Origin: Candidatus Altimarinota bacterium
GTDB taxonomy: Bacteria > Patescibacteriota > Gracilibacteria > CAIRYL01
Assembly: GCA_965250085.1 (NCBI GenBank)
Contig: OZ252287.1
Location: 768,001-832,000 of the forward strand
Direction: 5' to 3'
Length of the DNA: 64,000 nucleotides
The notes below the pieces were generated by a model that ran no database searches, was not told the DNA's origin, and worked only from the letters and a program-made list of their open reading frames with translations. Shown in pieces: positions 49,904 to 60,162 of this stretch. Position numbers and translations under genes: made by a program. Numbering within the stretch: position 1 is the first letter of the stretch; every line of letters begins with the position of its first letter.

Positions 49904-51577
49904 TTAATAAACGTGCTCTAAATAACACTCCTCACAATATATTTTCTCAGGTCTTTCGGGAGAATAGGTGGTTTGTATTGATTTGCTGCATTTGTCACAG
50001 GCCCTCTTATACAGCTTCCTCGTATTCCTCAGTGCCATCCTCTTCTGGTGTCTTACGTCTGGATGATAATGTGGTATCGGAAGATGTTGTTTTCTATAAA
50101 ACTCAAGCTCTACCTTCTGGATCTTGAACAGCTTCTTCGTCTCTTCACACTCTATTGCCCAAGAAAGAATATCGTCAGGAATGTCTTCTATGTTCGGAGG
50201 AAGTTTCTTGGCTGCTATCTTCTTCGAAATATCTTCAAGTTCTGACCTCTCTTCTTCTTTCCACTTCCAGCCTTTCTCGAGGACTTCTTCTTTGGTGAGT
50301 GGATAGTATTCTTGTGCTACTGTTTCGTTATAACAGAAGGGACTCAGTTCCACAGGAAAAAACTCTCCCCACTCTCCTGTCTCTCTCATATGTCCTATGA
50401 TCTTCGGTACTAGCTCTTCATATTCTTCCTTGCTGTATTGCTTGTTCAGGATGCAGTACTTCTTCTGTCGAAGACTTACACTTCCAAAACAATTTTGACA
50501 TGAAAGGCATAAATAACAGTAATAGAGATCAGAAATTCCACCCCATGAGTATAGGCTCCATAGTATATTCATAGCTCCCTCTCCAACCCCGCAGCACTCA
50601 TAGCAGAACTCTGCTGAGTTCCCCCATCGAGTAATGTCATAACAGTTTTTTCCTCCTCCCTTCATATTGGTGCAATATTTAGAGTCCTCCATATGACTAC
50701 AGTCAAAACACCATTTCGAGTTCTTACAATTATACAAATAATCACCTGAAGAGTTCTCAGTATTCTCTCCAGTGAAAGACTTTCTTGGATGTTCAAGCAG
50801 TATACTTTGTCTGTCCTTTTGAGACATATTTTTAAAAACTTGGGAAAGTTTTTGTTCGTATTCCTTTAAAGGAAATTGTTGGTTATATAAGCAATATTTC
50901 TTATTTTGTAGTCCCACACATCCGAAACAATGAGTGCAATTTCGACAATCATACAAAGAAGAAGAATCTGAACACTCTGAACAATTTTGAGAAAATTGTA
51001 AATTATAGCAACTATTACAATCTATACATTCATAACAAAGTTCTAAGCCATAGCTATGAACAGAATCAAGTGTATTTTTACAATTGAGGAGATCTTGAGA
51101 ATAGAGACAGTCTTCACTATGATCGGTGCAGAAGCAAAGATAGCAGTTTTTATCCCAGCCTGCGTAGTTTACATATTCAGAATTTTTATTGTCAGCAACC
51201 ACAAGGGCCATGGTGGGGACTTTGTGAAATAATTCTTGAAATTGAGAAAAAAAGGGGCGTGTAAAATCGAAATCTCTTCCATAGGAAAGAGGATCCCATT
51301 TGTCGCTCCACCAATACGGATTTTCACAGACAGTTGCAAGACTCTTTGAAGAATATATAGAAAGCACTTTCCTTCCTGTCATGTCACATTTTCTCCAGTA
51401 GAGATTCCGTATGTTGACGATAGCATTCCTCTTTTGAAGACGACATTCCATACATAGTCCTGGTGATGGAATGTTATATTTTTCACCTCGGAATATTGGA
51501 GAAATTTTGTCATAAAATTCCAAATCTGTATCCACGATCTCAAACTCAGCCACGCAGTGAGAGCAGATTCTATTCAT
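49904..51577 (-). CDS. Cys-rich repeat protein of a family typical of CPR genomes
   Basis: YWWSDKWDP..YGRDFDF.RPFF.QF, CFG.V.L..KKYCILNKQYSKEEY, YCEECY. Confidence 0.8.
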   Translation of the reverse strand: MNRICSHCVAEFEIVDTDLEFYDKISPIFRGEKYNIPSPGLCMECRLQKRNAIVNIRNLYWRKCDMTGRKVLSIYSSKSLATVCENPYWWSDKWDPLSYGRDFDFTRPFFSQFQELFHKVPTMALVVADNKNSEYVNYAGWDKNCYLCFCTDHSEDCLYSQDLLNCKNTLDSVHSYGLELCYECIDCNSCYNLQFSQNCSECSDSSSLYDCRNCTHCFGCVGLQNKKYCLYNQQFPLKEYEQKLSQVFKNMSQKDRQSILLEHPRKSFTGENTENSSGDYLYNCKNSKWCFDCSHMEDSKYCTNMKGGGKNCYDITRWGNSAEFCYECCGVGEGAMNILWSLYSWGGISDLYYCYLCLSCQNCFGSVSLRQKKYCILNKQYSKEEYEELVPKIIGHMRETGEWGEFFPVELSPFCYNETVAQEYYPLTKEEVLEKGWKWKEEERSELEDISKKIAAKKLPPNIEDIPDDILSWAIECEETKKLFKIQKVELEFYRKQHLPIPHYHPDVRHQKRMALRNTRKLYKRACDKCSKSIQTTYSPERPEKIYCEECYLEHVY

Positions 51578-51718
51578 ATAAAAAGAATACTCTCTCTTCA
51601 TTCTCTTTTTCAAGGGAGGCTTCTTTTAAAATACTGAGATCGAAGTTCTTTACTCCACTTTTTCTCTTGACCTTTTTCTCTATAACCTCTACCATAGGTT
51701 ATGGTTTTATAGTTTAAA

Positions 51719-51997
51719 ATGAAATTTGATCATAAGCAAAATATTCAGTTGGCACTCAAAAAAGCACTCGGAACTCTTAAAAAAGTGTCGCACATGGTGG
51801 AAAAAGATGAATACTGCATAGATGTCATGCAACAAATAAATGCGGTTATGGGGCTTTTAAGAAATACCAATGCTCGTATTGTCAAAAATCACTTGGAAAC
51901 ATGTGGGTATCAAAAAATGAGTTCCCAACGAAAAAAGACTCGAGATGAGTTTGCCAACGAACTTCTCAAAGCTCTCGATCTTTCTTTACGAAAATAA
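51719..51997 (+). CDS. CsoR/RcnR-family metal-sensing repressor
   Basis: MVEKDEYCIDVMQQINAV...NHLETC. Confidence 0.88.
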   Translation: MKFDHKQNIQLALKKALGTLKKVSHMVEKDEYCIDVMQQINAVMGLLRNTNARIVKNHLETCGYQKMSSQRKKTRDEFANELLKALDLSLRK

Positions 51998-51998
51998 A

Positions 51999-52610
51999 AT
52001 GATCATGAATACATTTGAATATTGGCTTATGAATAATCCTCTTAGGTCGTTTCTTCAAGACAAACTGGAGATGAAGATAATTCGGAAACATGTTTCACTT
52101 CAAGATCCAGAAAAAATTTTGGAGATTGGTTGTGGGCAAAGCGTAGGTACAAAACTGATAAAAAAATATTTTAACCCGAAAAAAATATGTGGCATAGATC
52201 TTGACATGCGAATGCTCCATAGAGCTCGGAATCAAAATTCCGATCCGTTGATTGAATTTATGCAAGCTGATGCCACAAAACTTCCTTTTGCCGATGACGC
52301 ATTTGATGCGGTATTTGACTTTGGAATTATTCATCATATATCCAATTGGAAAGATTGTTTGTTGGAAATAAAAAGGGTCGTGAAGCCAGGAGGAGTCTTG
52401 GTTCTTGAAGATGCTTCCCTGGAAACATTTCAAGGTAGATTTTGGGGGAGTTTGCTAAGGAAAATGACAGATCATCCCTATTTATCAATGTATACATATC
52501 AGAAATTTTCTAATTTTTTAAAAGACATAAATCTCAATATAGAATTCCAGGAAAAATACTCTCCATTAAGTATTTCTTATTTTCTTATTATAGCGCGTAA
52601 ATATGGTTGA
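51999..52610 (+). CDS. Class I SAM-dependent methyltransferase
   Basis: ILEIGCG, DATKLPF.DD.FD, RVVKPGG. Confidence 0.87.
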   Translation: MIMNTFEYWLMNNPLRSFLQDKLEMKIIRKHVSLQDPEKILEIGCGQSVGTKLIKKYFNPKKICGIDLDMRMLHRARNQNSDPLIEFMQADATKLPFADDAFDAVFDFGIIHHISNWKDCLLEIKRVVKPGGVLVLEDASLETFQGRFWGSLLRKMTDHPYLSMYTYQKFSNFLKDINLNIEFQEKYSPLSISYFLIIARKYG

Positions 52611-53646
52611 ATCCTGCCATCATCATATGCAGAAAAAAAAACCGGACATTCTCCTGTGGGGATCTCTCTTTGTGATTGTTGTTGCGTATTTTTTGCATCT
52701 TTTTGGTCCTGCTCTCGGAGAAATTTCTCCTCTTCTGAGTGAATTTTTTAAAGCTGTATTTGAGTTGATGAATCAAATGTGGTGGGGGCTTGTCCTCGCT
52801 ATTGTCTTTGTTGGAGTTTTAGAATATATCCCTCAGAATCTGATCTCTGGAGTCTTGGGAAAAGGGGGTACATTTTCGGGGCTTGTAAGAGCCGCTGGGG
52901 CAGGGGTGCTGCTTGATCTTTGTTCTCATGGCATTTTGTTGGTAGGAATGAAGCTGTATAAAAAAGGAGCTTCGCTCGGCCAAGTGATTGCTTTCCTTGT
53001 GGCGAGTCCCTGGAATTCTCTTTCTCTTACGGTTATTCTTTGGTCACTTGTTGGGCTCAGGTGGACATTAGTTTTTTTGCTTCTTTCGCTTGCGATAGCA
53101 TTGATATCTGGAGGTGTTTTTGAATACTTAGTACAAAAAAACATACTGCCAGAGAATCCCTTTCAAGAGAACACATCAAAAGAATTTGAGTTTCGCAGAG
53201 AATTTTTTCACTGGATAAAAAATATCACCTGGAAACCAAAAAGTTTTTTTGTGCTGCTTTCTCATGGAATTCGAGGTTCACGAATGATTTTACGATGGAT
53301 ATTTTTTGGAGTAGTTTTGGCAGCACTCTTAAGAATTGCACTCTCTCCAGAAAGTTTTGCTTTATTTTTTGGACCCACCCTCAGAGGATTGGGGCTCACT
53401 CTTGTGGGCGCTACAATATTAGAAGTATGTTCTGAAGGCTCCACTCCTCTTGCTGCAGAGCTGCTCACTCGCGCAAAAGCTCCTGGCAATGCCTTTAGCT
53501 TTCTTATGGCTGGGGTTTCCACCGACTATACAGAAATTATGGCTCTTAAAGAGACAACTCTTTCATGGAAAATCGCACTTTTTTTGCCCTTGATAACGCT
53601 CCCCCAAATCATTTTTCTGGGGATAATTCTTAACTCTGGTCTTTGA
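52603..53646 (+). CDS. ArsP/DUF318-family permease
   Basis: DLCSHG, FLVASP, EVCSEGS.P; two-repeat membrane topology. Confidence 0.82.
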   Translation: MVESCHHHMQKKKPDILLWGSLFVIVVAYFLHLFGPALGEISPLLSEFFKAVFELMNQMWWGLVLAIVFVGVLEYIPQNLISGVLGKGGTFSGLVRAAGAGVLLDLCSHGILLVGMKLYKKGASLGQVIAFLVASPWNSLSLTVILWSLVGLRWTLVFLLLSLAIALISGGVFEYLVQKNILPENPFQENTSKEFEFRREFFHWIKNITWKPKSFFVLLSHGIRGSRMILRWIFFGVVLAALLRIALSPESFALFFGPTLRGLGLTLVGATILEVCSEGSTPLAAELLTRAKAPGNAFSFLMAGVSTDYTEIMALKETTLSWKIALFLPLITLPQIIFLGIILNSGL

Positions 53647-53968
53647 TATGAAAATACCTTTGGATCCCCAGTTCTGTTCCTAAGTATATACTTCCTGCAC
53701 CACATTCGGCACAACTGAATTGTAGTTTTTTTCCTTTTATTTTTTTTGTCGCCCTGACACTTTCGCATTCTTTACAATAAAAGATGATATTCTGGGATTT
53801 TGCTTCTTCATCTCCTTCTGGTATTTGCTCTTGCACAGTAATATTCAGAAGCTTGGTATAATTAATATCTCCTTGTTTTTCTTCTGATACATCACGTTCT
53901 ACAAACTCATATGGAGTATTATCTGACGAAACATTTTTTGCTGATGACGTATTCTTTTTTTTATTCAT
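53630..53968 (-). CDS. Small Zn-ribbon protein
   Basis: FYCKEC...CAECG. Confidence 0.65.
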   Translation of the reverse strand: MNKKKNTSSAKNVSSDNTPYEFVERDVSEEKQGDINYTKLLNITVQEQIPEGDEEAKSQNIIFYCKECESVRATKKIKGKKLQFSCAECGAGSIYLGTELGIQRYFHIKDQS

Positions 53969-54578
53969 AATCACCGAGTGACATTTGGTTTTCAATTGGT
54001 GGTTCTGCTTCCAAGTGTACTGATGAAGCATCAATGTTATGTGGACGAGAGAGTGAATCCTTCACATATGCCCTTTGCTCATCTTGTCTTCCTACCCATC
54101 CTCCAGAAAATAAAACACACTGAGCAAAAAGAGAAAGAAATACTCCTATCCGTACAGAAGATTCACTGTCAGCATTCTTCATAGCATATGAGCTCAGAAC
54201 GAAGAGCGCGATGATAATCGTATATGCTCCTATTCCTCCCAGAAAGAGCCACCAGTATGAATGTGATATTCCTTTATAGTCTTTTTTCTTTCGGAACATC
54301 TCTCTTCCTAAAAAAATAAGAGTAACTATCATTAAAAGAAATAATATCCATCCAAAAACAGGAAATAGACCAAATGCATGGAAATTTTCAGTAGCAAAAT
54401 CCAGAGTATTTTCATCAACGATGAGCTCCCCTGTTTGCGTATCTCTTGCCAATTTATGTCCCCATGGGAGAAAAAGAAAGAGTACTCCCAAAAAACCTCC
54501 CGTTAAAACCAGTTTTCGAGAGAATGAAAGATACTTAATTTCCTTTTGAAGTGTTTTTAGATTCACAAAAAGTTTCAA
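53961..54578 (-). CDS. Membrane protein
   Basis: Four hydrophobic helices; FLPW. Confidence 0.65.
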   Translation of the reverse strand: MKLFVNLKTLQKEIKYLSFSRKLVLTGGFLGVLFLFLPWGHKLARDTQTGELIVDENTLDFATENFHAFGLFPVFGWILFLLMIVTLIFLGREMFRKKKDYKGISHSYWWLFLGGIGAYTIIIALFVLSSYAMKNADSESSVRIGVFLSLFAQCVLFSGGWVGRQDEQRAYVKDSLSRPHNIDASSVHLEAEPPIENQMSLGDYE

Positions 54579-54634
54579 AATACTGAGTAAATGTAGTCAA
54601 GACACTCCAAAAATGCAAAGCGTTTTTCTTATAT

Positions 54635-55684
54635 TTATTTTGAAAGAAGAATTTGGGCTATGTGTTTTGCAGAATTAAGAGGGGTGAGGAGAGCGATATT
54701 TTTGGCGAGCATCTTTTTACGATTTTGATTTTGTAGGAGCTTTAGAATTGTTTCTTGAAATTTTGCGGAGGTAAGATCTTCTTCTAAAAGGATTTTCGCA
54801 GCTCCGCATTGTTTAAAAAATTCAGCATTTTTGACTTGATGGTTATTGGCCGCAGAAGGAAGTGGAATAATTATTACTGGTTTCTGCGCAGCGGCAATTT
54901 CAAAAAGAGAATTGGCTCCAGCTCGGGATATCACAATGTCAGATGCCCAAAGCACATCGCCAAATTCTTCTCCTAAGTATGAAAAGTGACGATATGCAGG
55001 TGTGGGGCTTTCAACAGACTTCCCTTTTCCTGAAATATGGACTACATTCGCATGATTTCTTAGAAATGCGAGTGAGTGTATCACCAATTGATTTATGGTT
55101 TCTGCTCCTTGACTCCCTCCCATAATAAGTATGATTGGCTTGTGGGTAGAGAATTTGAGAAATCTTCTTCCTCGTTCAGTCTCTCCAGAAAGAATATTTT
55201 TACGGATTGGAGTCCCTACATGTAAGGCATTGGGCGTTGGAAATGTAGAAAGTGTACGAGCTGCTAGTCTGTGCAGTATTCGATTTGCCAACCCCGAGAC
55301 ACTATCACTTTCGTGAATAGTGAAGGATATATTCTGAAGTCTCGCAGCTATTCCCACTGGAAGCGAAACGTATCCCCCTTTTAAAAAAATCATATCCGGT
55401 TCCTCTTTTCGAAGAAGAATATATGCATCAAGTATTCCCTTTAGAAAGCGAAAAAAATCTCCAATATTCTGAAGAGAGAAGTACCGACGGAGTTTTCCTG
55501 TGGAAATTGATATACGCTTGTATGTGTATGGATGCGCCGAAAAAATATCATTATCCAGCTTGCTGTGAGAGCTAATAAATACAATCTTGCAAGTAGTGTC
55601 TTGTTTTCGCACTTCATCAGCAATAGCGAGGACTGGTGTGATGTGGCCCCCAGAGCCGCCAGCAACAAATAAAAGTTTTTTCAT
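54635..55684 (-). CDS. murG: MurG glycosyltransferase
   Basis: GGSGGHITP, GKLRRY, KGGYVS, GGSQGA, SRAGA, HQVKNA. Confidence 0.95.
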   Translation of the reverse strand: MKKLLFVAGGSGGHITPVLAIADEVRKQDTTCKIVFISSHSKLDNDIFSAHPYTYKRISISTGKLRRYFSLQNIGDFFRFLKGILDAYILLRKEEPDMIFLKGGYVSLPVGIAARLQNISFTIHESDSVSGLANRILHRLAARTLSTFPTPNALHVGTPIRKNILSGETERGRRFLKFSTHKPIILIMGGSQGAETINQLVIHSLAFLRNHANVVHISGKGKSVESPTPAYRHFSYLGEEFGDVLWASDIVISRAGANSLFEIAAAQKPVIIIPLPSAANNHQVKNAEFFKQCGAAKILLEEDLTSAKFQETILKLLQNQNRKKMLAKNIALLTPLNSAKHIAQILLSK

Positions 55685-56931
55685 GAAGTATGAAATTTTC
55701 TGAGTAAAGAATTTTTGGAAAAAGATTCACGTGGAGAAAGCGTAGAAATATGAAGCAATACTCCAAGTGCAAAAAGAGTCATTGCCAGCGACGATCCTCC
55801 ATATGAAAGAAATGGCAATGTGAGGCCTGTGAGAGGGAAAACTCCAAGTGCTACCAAAATATTGATCAACGCTTGAAATACGATCCAAGCAGTAATACCG
55901 ATGGCTACAAGTGATGAGAATCTGTCAGGTGCATTTTGAGCAATAAAAAATCCTTTGATTCCGATATAGAAAAAAAGTGAAATAAAAATTAATATTCGAA
56001 TAAATCCCATTTCCTCAGCAATGCCAGCAAAAACAAAGTCCCCTTGAATTTCTGGAAGCCATCCGAACTTTTGGGTACTGTTTCCAAGTCCTACCCCAAA
56101 CCATTCACCACTCCCTACGCCCATGAGTGATTGTTCTATTTGGTATTTATCACTCTCATTGGTCAACTCTGGAAAGAAGAGTGCTTGGAATCGAAGGCGA
56201 ATATATGCATGTGAAAGTATGATAGGCCATGCCAGCAGAGACGCAGTGAGCCCTCCTGCAAAAATTTGAAATATATTTCCTCCGGCAACAAAAAACATAG
56301 ATGCTGCAATAAATCCGAGTACGAGCACGGCCCCAAAGTCTGGTTGAAATGCAACCGGAAGAACCATAAGAGAAACGAGTATAACAAATGGAAGGAACCC
56401 TCCTTGGAATGTTTGAATATCATTTTGTTTCTTGCTCATCCAAATAGCAAAATAGAAAATAATTGCTACTTTGGCGACTTCTACAGGCTGCAGTGAATTA
56501 AGAAGAGGGATAGAGAGCCAGCTTTGAGCAGCTCCATAACTTGTTCCCAATGGTGAAAATACAAGCAGTAACAAAATGAGAGCTCCTAAAAAAATAAGAG
56601 GTGCTAATGTCTGCCATACTGCCATGGGAACCATGTATCCGACAAAGGCAAAAATAAGTCCTATTGCTGCACTTTTTACTTGGCGTTTAAAATATAGATC
56701 ATTGCAATTATTATTTTGAGGCTGACAATATTCAGCCGCTTTCTCTCTTCCTTCTCCAAATCGACAGTCTTCAATTTCTGGATGATCCTGACAGTATTCG
56801 ACAATAAAACTACTCGATTCCTTAATGTATGAATTATGAACGCTTAGTGAACTCAGCATCATGAGTCCAAATGCCACCAAAAAAAGTGCTGCGGTGAGGA
56901 GGCCGTAATCTGGGGAATACTTTTTAAGCAT
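55681..56931 (-). CDS. ftsW: SEDS peptidoglycan polymerase FtsW
   Basis: QPVEVAK, QPDFG, LPEIQGDFVFA..AEE.G, LPFLSYGGSS; adjacent to murG. Confidence 0.9.
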   Translation of the reverse strand: MLKKYSPDYGLLTAALFLVAFGLMMLSSLSVHNSYIKESSSFIVEYCQDHPEIEDCRFGEGREKAAEYCQPQNNNCNDLYFKRQVKSAAIGLIFAFVGYMVPMAVWQTLAPLIFLGALILLLLVFSPLGTSYGAAQSWLSIPLLNSLQPVEVAKVAIIFYFAIWMSKKQNDIQTFQGGFLPFVILVSLMVLPVAFQPDFGAVLVLGFIAASMFFVAGGNIFQIFAGGLTASLLAWPIILSHAYIRLRFQALFFPELTNESDKYQIEQSLMGVGSGEWFGVGLGNSTQKFGWLPEIQGDFVFAGIAEEMGFIRILIFISLFFYIGIKGFFIAQNAPDRFSSLVAIGITAWIVFQALINILVALGVFPLTGLTLPFLSYGGSSLAMTLFALGVLLHISTLSPRESFSKNSLLRKFHTS

Positions 56932-57051
56932 CCTAGCGATTGTGACAAAAAAAGGAGTAAAAAACAATTTTTAAGACTTGCTTTTTAGGACTATTCTCTC
57001 TTGCAAAACACCTCCCTTTTTATAAGAATCTTTGAGACTGAAGAAAAAAAT

Positions 57052-57777
57052 ATGATCACAATAAAAAATCTCACAAAGATCTATCCTGGTTCAAAAATTC
57101 CAGCTGTGAATGATATTTCCCTACATATTGCCAAAGGAGATGTTTTTGGCTTTTTAGGACCCAATGGCGCCGGAAAGACAACGACTGTTAAAATATTGGT
57201 GGGGCTCATGAAACCAACAAAAGGGTCTCTCATGCTGCTGCATTCTTCTCCACAGGATTTTGAAGCAAAGAAAAAAATTGGATTTTTGCCGGAACATCCC
57301 TATTTTTACCAATATTTAACGGGAAGAGAATTTTTACAAATGTGTACAGAGATTTTTGGAATGTCTGCAGAAAAGGGGCGTGTGTGTATTGAAAAAAATT
57401 TGCATATGGTATCCCTTTCTCCTGATGCATGGGATCGAAAAATTGGTGGATACTCTAAGGGGATGCAACAGCGCCTCGGTGTTGCCCAGGCCCTTGTTAA
57501 TGATCCAGAATTGGTAATACTGGATGAACCTATGAGTGGTCTGGATCCTATTGGAAGAAAACAGATGAAAGATTTAATTTTAACTCTTAAGAAAGAAGGA
57601 AAGACTGTGTTTTTCTGCTCTCATATCTTAAGTGACGTAGAAGATCTCTGTAACCGCATTGCAATTATCCATAATGGACACATCGTTCTTTCTGGCAATG
57701 TGGATGAAGTGACAAAAAATTATTCCATTCCTCTAGAAAATATCTTTGTAGACACTCTTTCAGCCTTAAAAACATGA
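57052..57777 (+). CDS. ABC transporter ATP-binding protein
   Basis: GPNGAGKTT, YSKGMQQR, LDEPMSGLDP. Confidence 0.93.
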   Translation: MITIKNLTKIYPGSKIPAVNDISLHIAKGDVFGFLGPNGAGKTTTVKILVGLMKPTKGSLMLLHSSPQDFEAKKKIGFLPEHPYFYQYLTGREFLQMCTEIFGMSAEKGRVCIEKNLHMVSLSPDAWDRKIGGYSKGMQQRLGVAQALVNDPELVILDEPMSGLDPIGRKQMKDLILTLKKEGKTVFFCSHILSDVEDLCNRIAIIHNGHIVLSGNVDEVTKNYSIPLENIFVDTLSALKT

Positions 57778-58517
57778 AGCTTCTTTTTTCTCTTGCTAAA
57801 AATACATTTCGCGAAGCGGTGCGAGACAAAATCTTTTATACCATTTTCTTTTTTGGATTTGTGTTTCTTCTGTCATCACCTCTTATGGAAAGTATTTCAT
57901 TCGGTCAAGAGGGTCGTATTATGATCAATTTTGGTATTACTATGATCCATATTTTTGGATTGTTTATTACTATTTTTTTAGGAAGTCGTTTAATTTTTCA
58001 GGAAATAGAACAAAAGACTATTTTTCTTTTGATTCCCAAGCCTGTTCGGAGGAGTTCTATTATTTTGAGTAAATTTCTGGGACTGGGAGCGGTATTATTT
58101 TGTACGACTCTCCTCATGAGCATTGTATATTTTTTGATCGTTCCGTTTTCTTGGGGACTGCTGCTCACCATTGCATTTCTGTATCTTTCATTTCTTTTGC
58201 TACTAGCAATTGTATTGTTTTTTTCTGCTTTTATGTCGCCACTTATGGCATCTATTGCAGGAGCGCTTATGTTTGTAATTGGCAATATTACTGCGTCAGC
58301 AAAGCTTTTTGTGAAAGGTGAAATGTTGAAAAAAATTGTAGAGATTGTGTACCACCTCTTTCCCAACTTTACCAATCTTAATCTCAAAAACTATGTTGTC
58401 TATGGTATTGAATATGCCGCAAGCGATGTTCTTCGCATTCTCCTGGTGACAGGATTATTTATTGCTCTCTTTCTCTTTTGTGGCATTCAGATTTTTAGTA
58501 GAAAAGAATTTTCTTAA
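57774..58517 (+). CDS. ABC-2 type permease
   Basis: NTFREAVRDK, EIEQKTI...KPVRR...KFLG. Confidence 0.87.
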   Translation: MKLLFSLAKNTFREAVRDKIFYTIFFFGFVFLLSSPLMESISFGQEGRIMINFGITMIHIFGLFITIFLGSRLIFQEIEQKTIFLLIPKPVRRSSIILSKFLGLGAVLFCTTLLMSIVYFLIVPFSWGLLLTIAFLYLSFLLLLAIVLFFSAFMSPLMASIAGALMFVIGNITASAKLFVKGEMLKKIVEIVYHLFPNFTNLNLKNYVVYGIEYAASDVLRILLVTGLFIALFLFCGIQIFSRKEFS

Positions 58518-58528
58518 TCTTTTATCTC

Positions 58529-59425
58529 ATGAGATTCGAAAAACAATTCGGAATTTTCATCCTGGTGTGTTTTTCCTTCTTTGCAATTTGGAAAAATCAT
58601 TCTGCACTTTTTCCGCATTTCACCAATAAATATTTTTCAAAAGTTGCTCAAAAATCTGTTTTACAAAATGGTGAAAAAATAAAACCGTTTTTACTGGGAT
58701 TCGATGCATTCATCGCAGATATATATTGGCTCAGAGCAATTCAATATATAGGAGGTAATGCTGCTGCTGGTACATTTCCTGTACTCGAAGGATATGCCAA
58801 CACTATTACTGATTTTGATCCTCAATTTAGATATGTATATCATTTTGGAGGACTTTTTCTGCCAACTCTTGGAAAATATGAATCAGCGCGAAAGCTATTG
58901 GAAAAAGGAGAAAGGAACGTACCAGATGACTGGCAGATTTCATATGACCTCGGATTCGTTCATTTTTATTATCGAGATGATTATGAGAGTGCTATCAAGG
59001 CATATCAGCGATGTCTCCAGAAAGAAGGATGCCTTCCTTCTTCCCATACACTTATTAATACACTCGAAGCAAAAAGAGGAAAAGTGGAAATTGCCTTTTT
59101 TAATATGCTTGAGCAGTATAAAAATTCTTCTAAAGAAGATCAGGAATTTTATGCCAAAAAAATAGAGGAACTTGGGAAGCTCTTTGTTCTCCAGCATGCT
59201 GCGCAATACGCTTCTCCTACAGAAGACATTCAGGAACTCTTGGGAGTGCAACTGGAGATGACTAAAAAAGTACAAAGTGCAATACAAGTGCTAGAATCTC
59301 TTACAGGGAAGGATCTTCTCGATGAACGAGGGGCGATACAGGAGGAACTTTTAAGAAATCCTTTCGAATTTAATCCTTTCTTTTGGGATAAGGAAAAGCA
59401 AGTAGTACGTCCAATTCAATGGTAA
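58529..59425 (+). CDS. Membrane-anchored TPR-like protein (PilG-like, tentative)
   Basis: ADIYWLRAIQY, DPQF..Y, P.DWQI.Y..GF. Confidence 0.6.
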   Translation: MRFEKQFGIFILVCFSFFAIWKNHSALFPHFTNKYFSKVAQKSVLQNGEKIKPFLLGFDAFIADIYWLRAIQYIGGNAAAGTFPVLEGYANTITDFDPQFRYVYHFGGLFLPTLGKYESARKLLEKGERNVPDDWQISYDLGFVHFYYRDDYESAIKAYQRCLQKEGCLPSSHTLINTLEAKRGKVEIAFFNMLEQYKNSSKEDQEFYAKKIEELGKLFVLQHAAQYASPTEDIQELLGVQLEMTKKVQSAIQVLESLTGKDLLDERGAIQEELLRNPFEFNPFFWDKEKQVVRPIQW

Positions 59426-59500
59426 AAATGAGAAGAATGTGCCGCCTTGCATTTTTTAGACAATTTCCGTAGTGTTGATGCAAATATTTCCCTTTTCCCC

Positions 59501-60079
59501 ATGAAAAAGATACTTCCTCTCGGGCTTATAAGCATATTGCTTGCCTTTATAATCTTTCCTGTGTCTCCTGTATTTGCCGAGTGCGCTGATAATGATGGAG
59601 ATCGATACTATAGCTGTGATAATATTGATGATGAGCTTCCTCCCTTTGCAAAAGGCAGTGAAGAGCTTCGTTGTGACCAAGCAACGATTGATGAAAATTC
59701 TGATGATTATGATTTGGTCATTTCTCCAGAAATTACTTCAATAGCTGGAAATAAGGTGCACCCTGGTGCTATAGAACCTCCCAATAGTCAGGTAGATCTC
59801 AACTGTGATGGAAAAATTACTGGATATCTTCCTGAAGGTCGCGAGGGCGGTACTGACTTTTTTGAACTAATGGAAAAGGTCATTGTGCTTATTGGGCAGG
59901 TCGCAGTGTTTATTTCAGTAGGAGCTTTGGTCTATGGAGGGATAATGTTTGCTACCGCCTCTGGTGAAGAACGCAAGCTTCAAAAAGCAAAAAAAACTAT
60001 CGTCGGAGCAGTGGTGGGACTTATTATTGGTCTCATTGCATGGAATATTGTTGGATTTGTAACTGGAATATTTGGATAG
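59501..60079 (+). CDS. TrbC/VirB2-like pilin with N-terminal Cys/Asp metal-binding-like motif
   Basis: Signal peptide; LVYGGIMFATASG...KAKKTIVGAVVGLII; DNDGD...HPGA.E...DLNCDG. Confidence 0.78.
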   Translation: MKKILPLGLISILLAFIIFPVSPVFAECADNDGDRYYSCDNIDDELPPFAKGSEELRCDQATIDENSDDYDLVISPEITSIAGNKVHPGAIEPPNSQVDLNCDGKITGYLPEGREGGTDFFELMEKVIVLIGQVAVFISVGALVYGGIMFATASGEERKLQKAKKTIVGAVVGLIIGLIAWNIVGFVTGIFG

Positions 60080-60099
60080 TTTTATAGAATGTAAAAAAG

Positions 60100-60128
60100 A
60101 AAAGCGAGAAGATTTTTCTCGCTTTTTT
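60100..60128. terminator. Probable bidirectional terminator
   Basis: AAAAGCGAGAA...TTCTCGCTTTTTT. Confidence 0.65.
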
Positions 60129-60162
60129 ATGTACTACTTATGTTCTCTCTTTAAAACAACAC

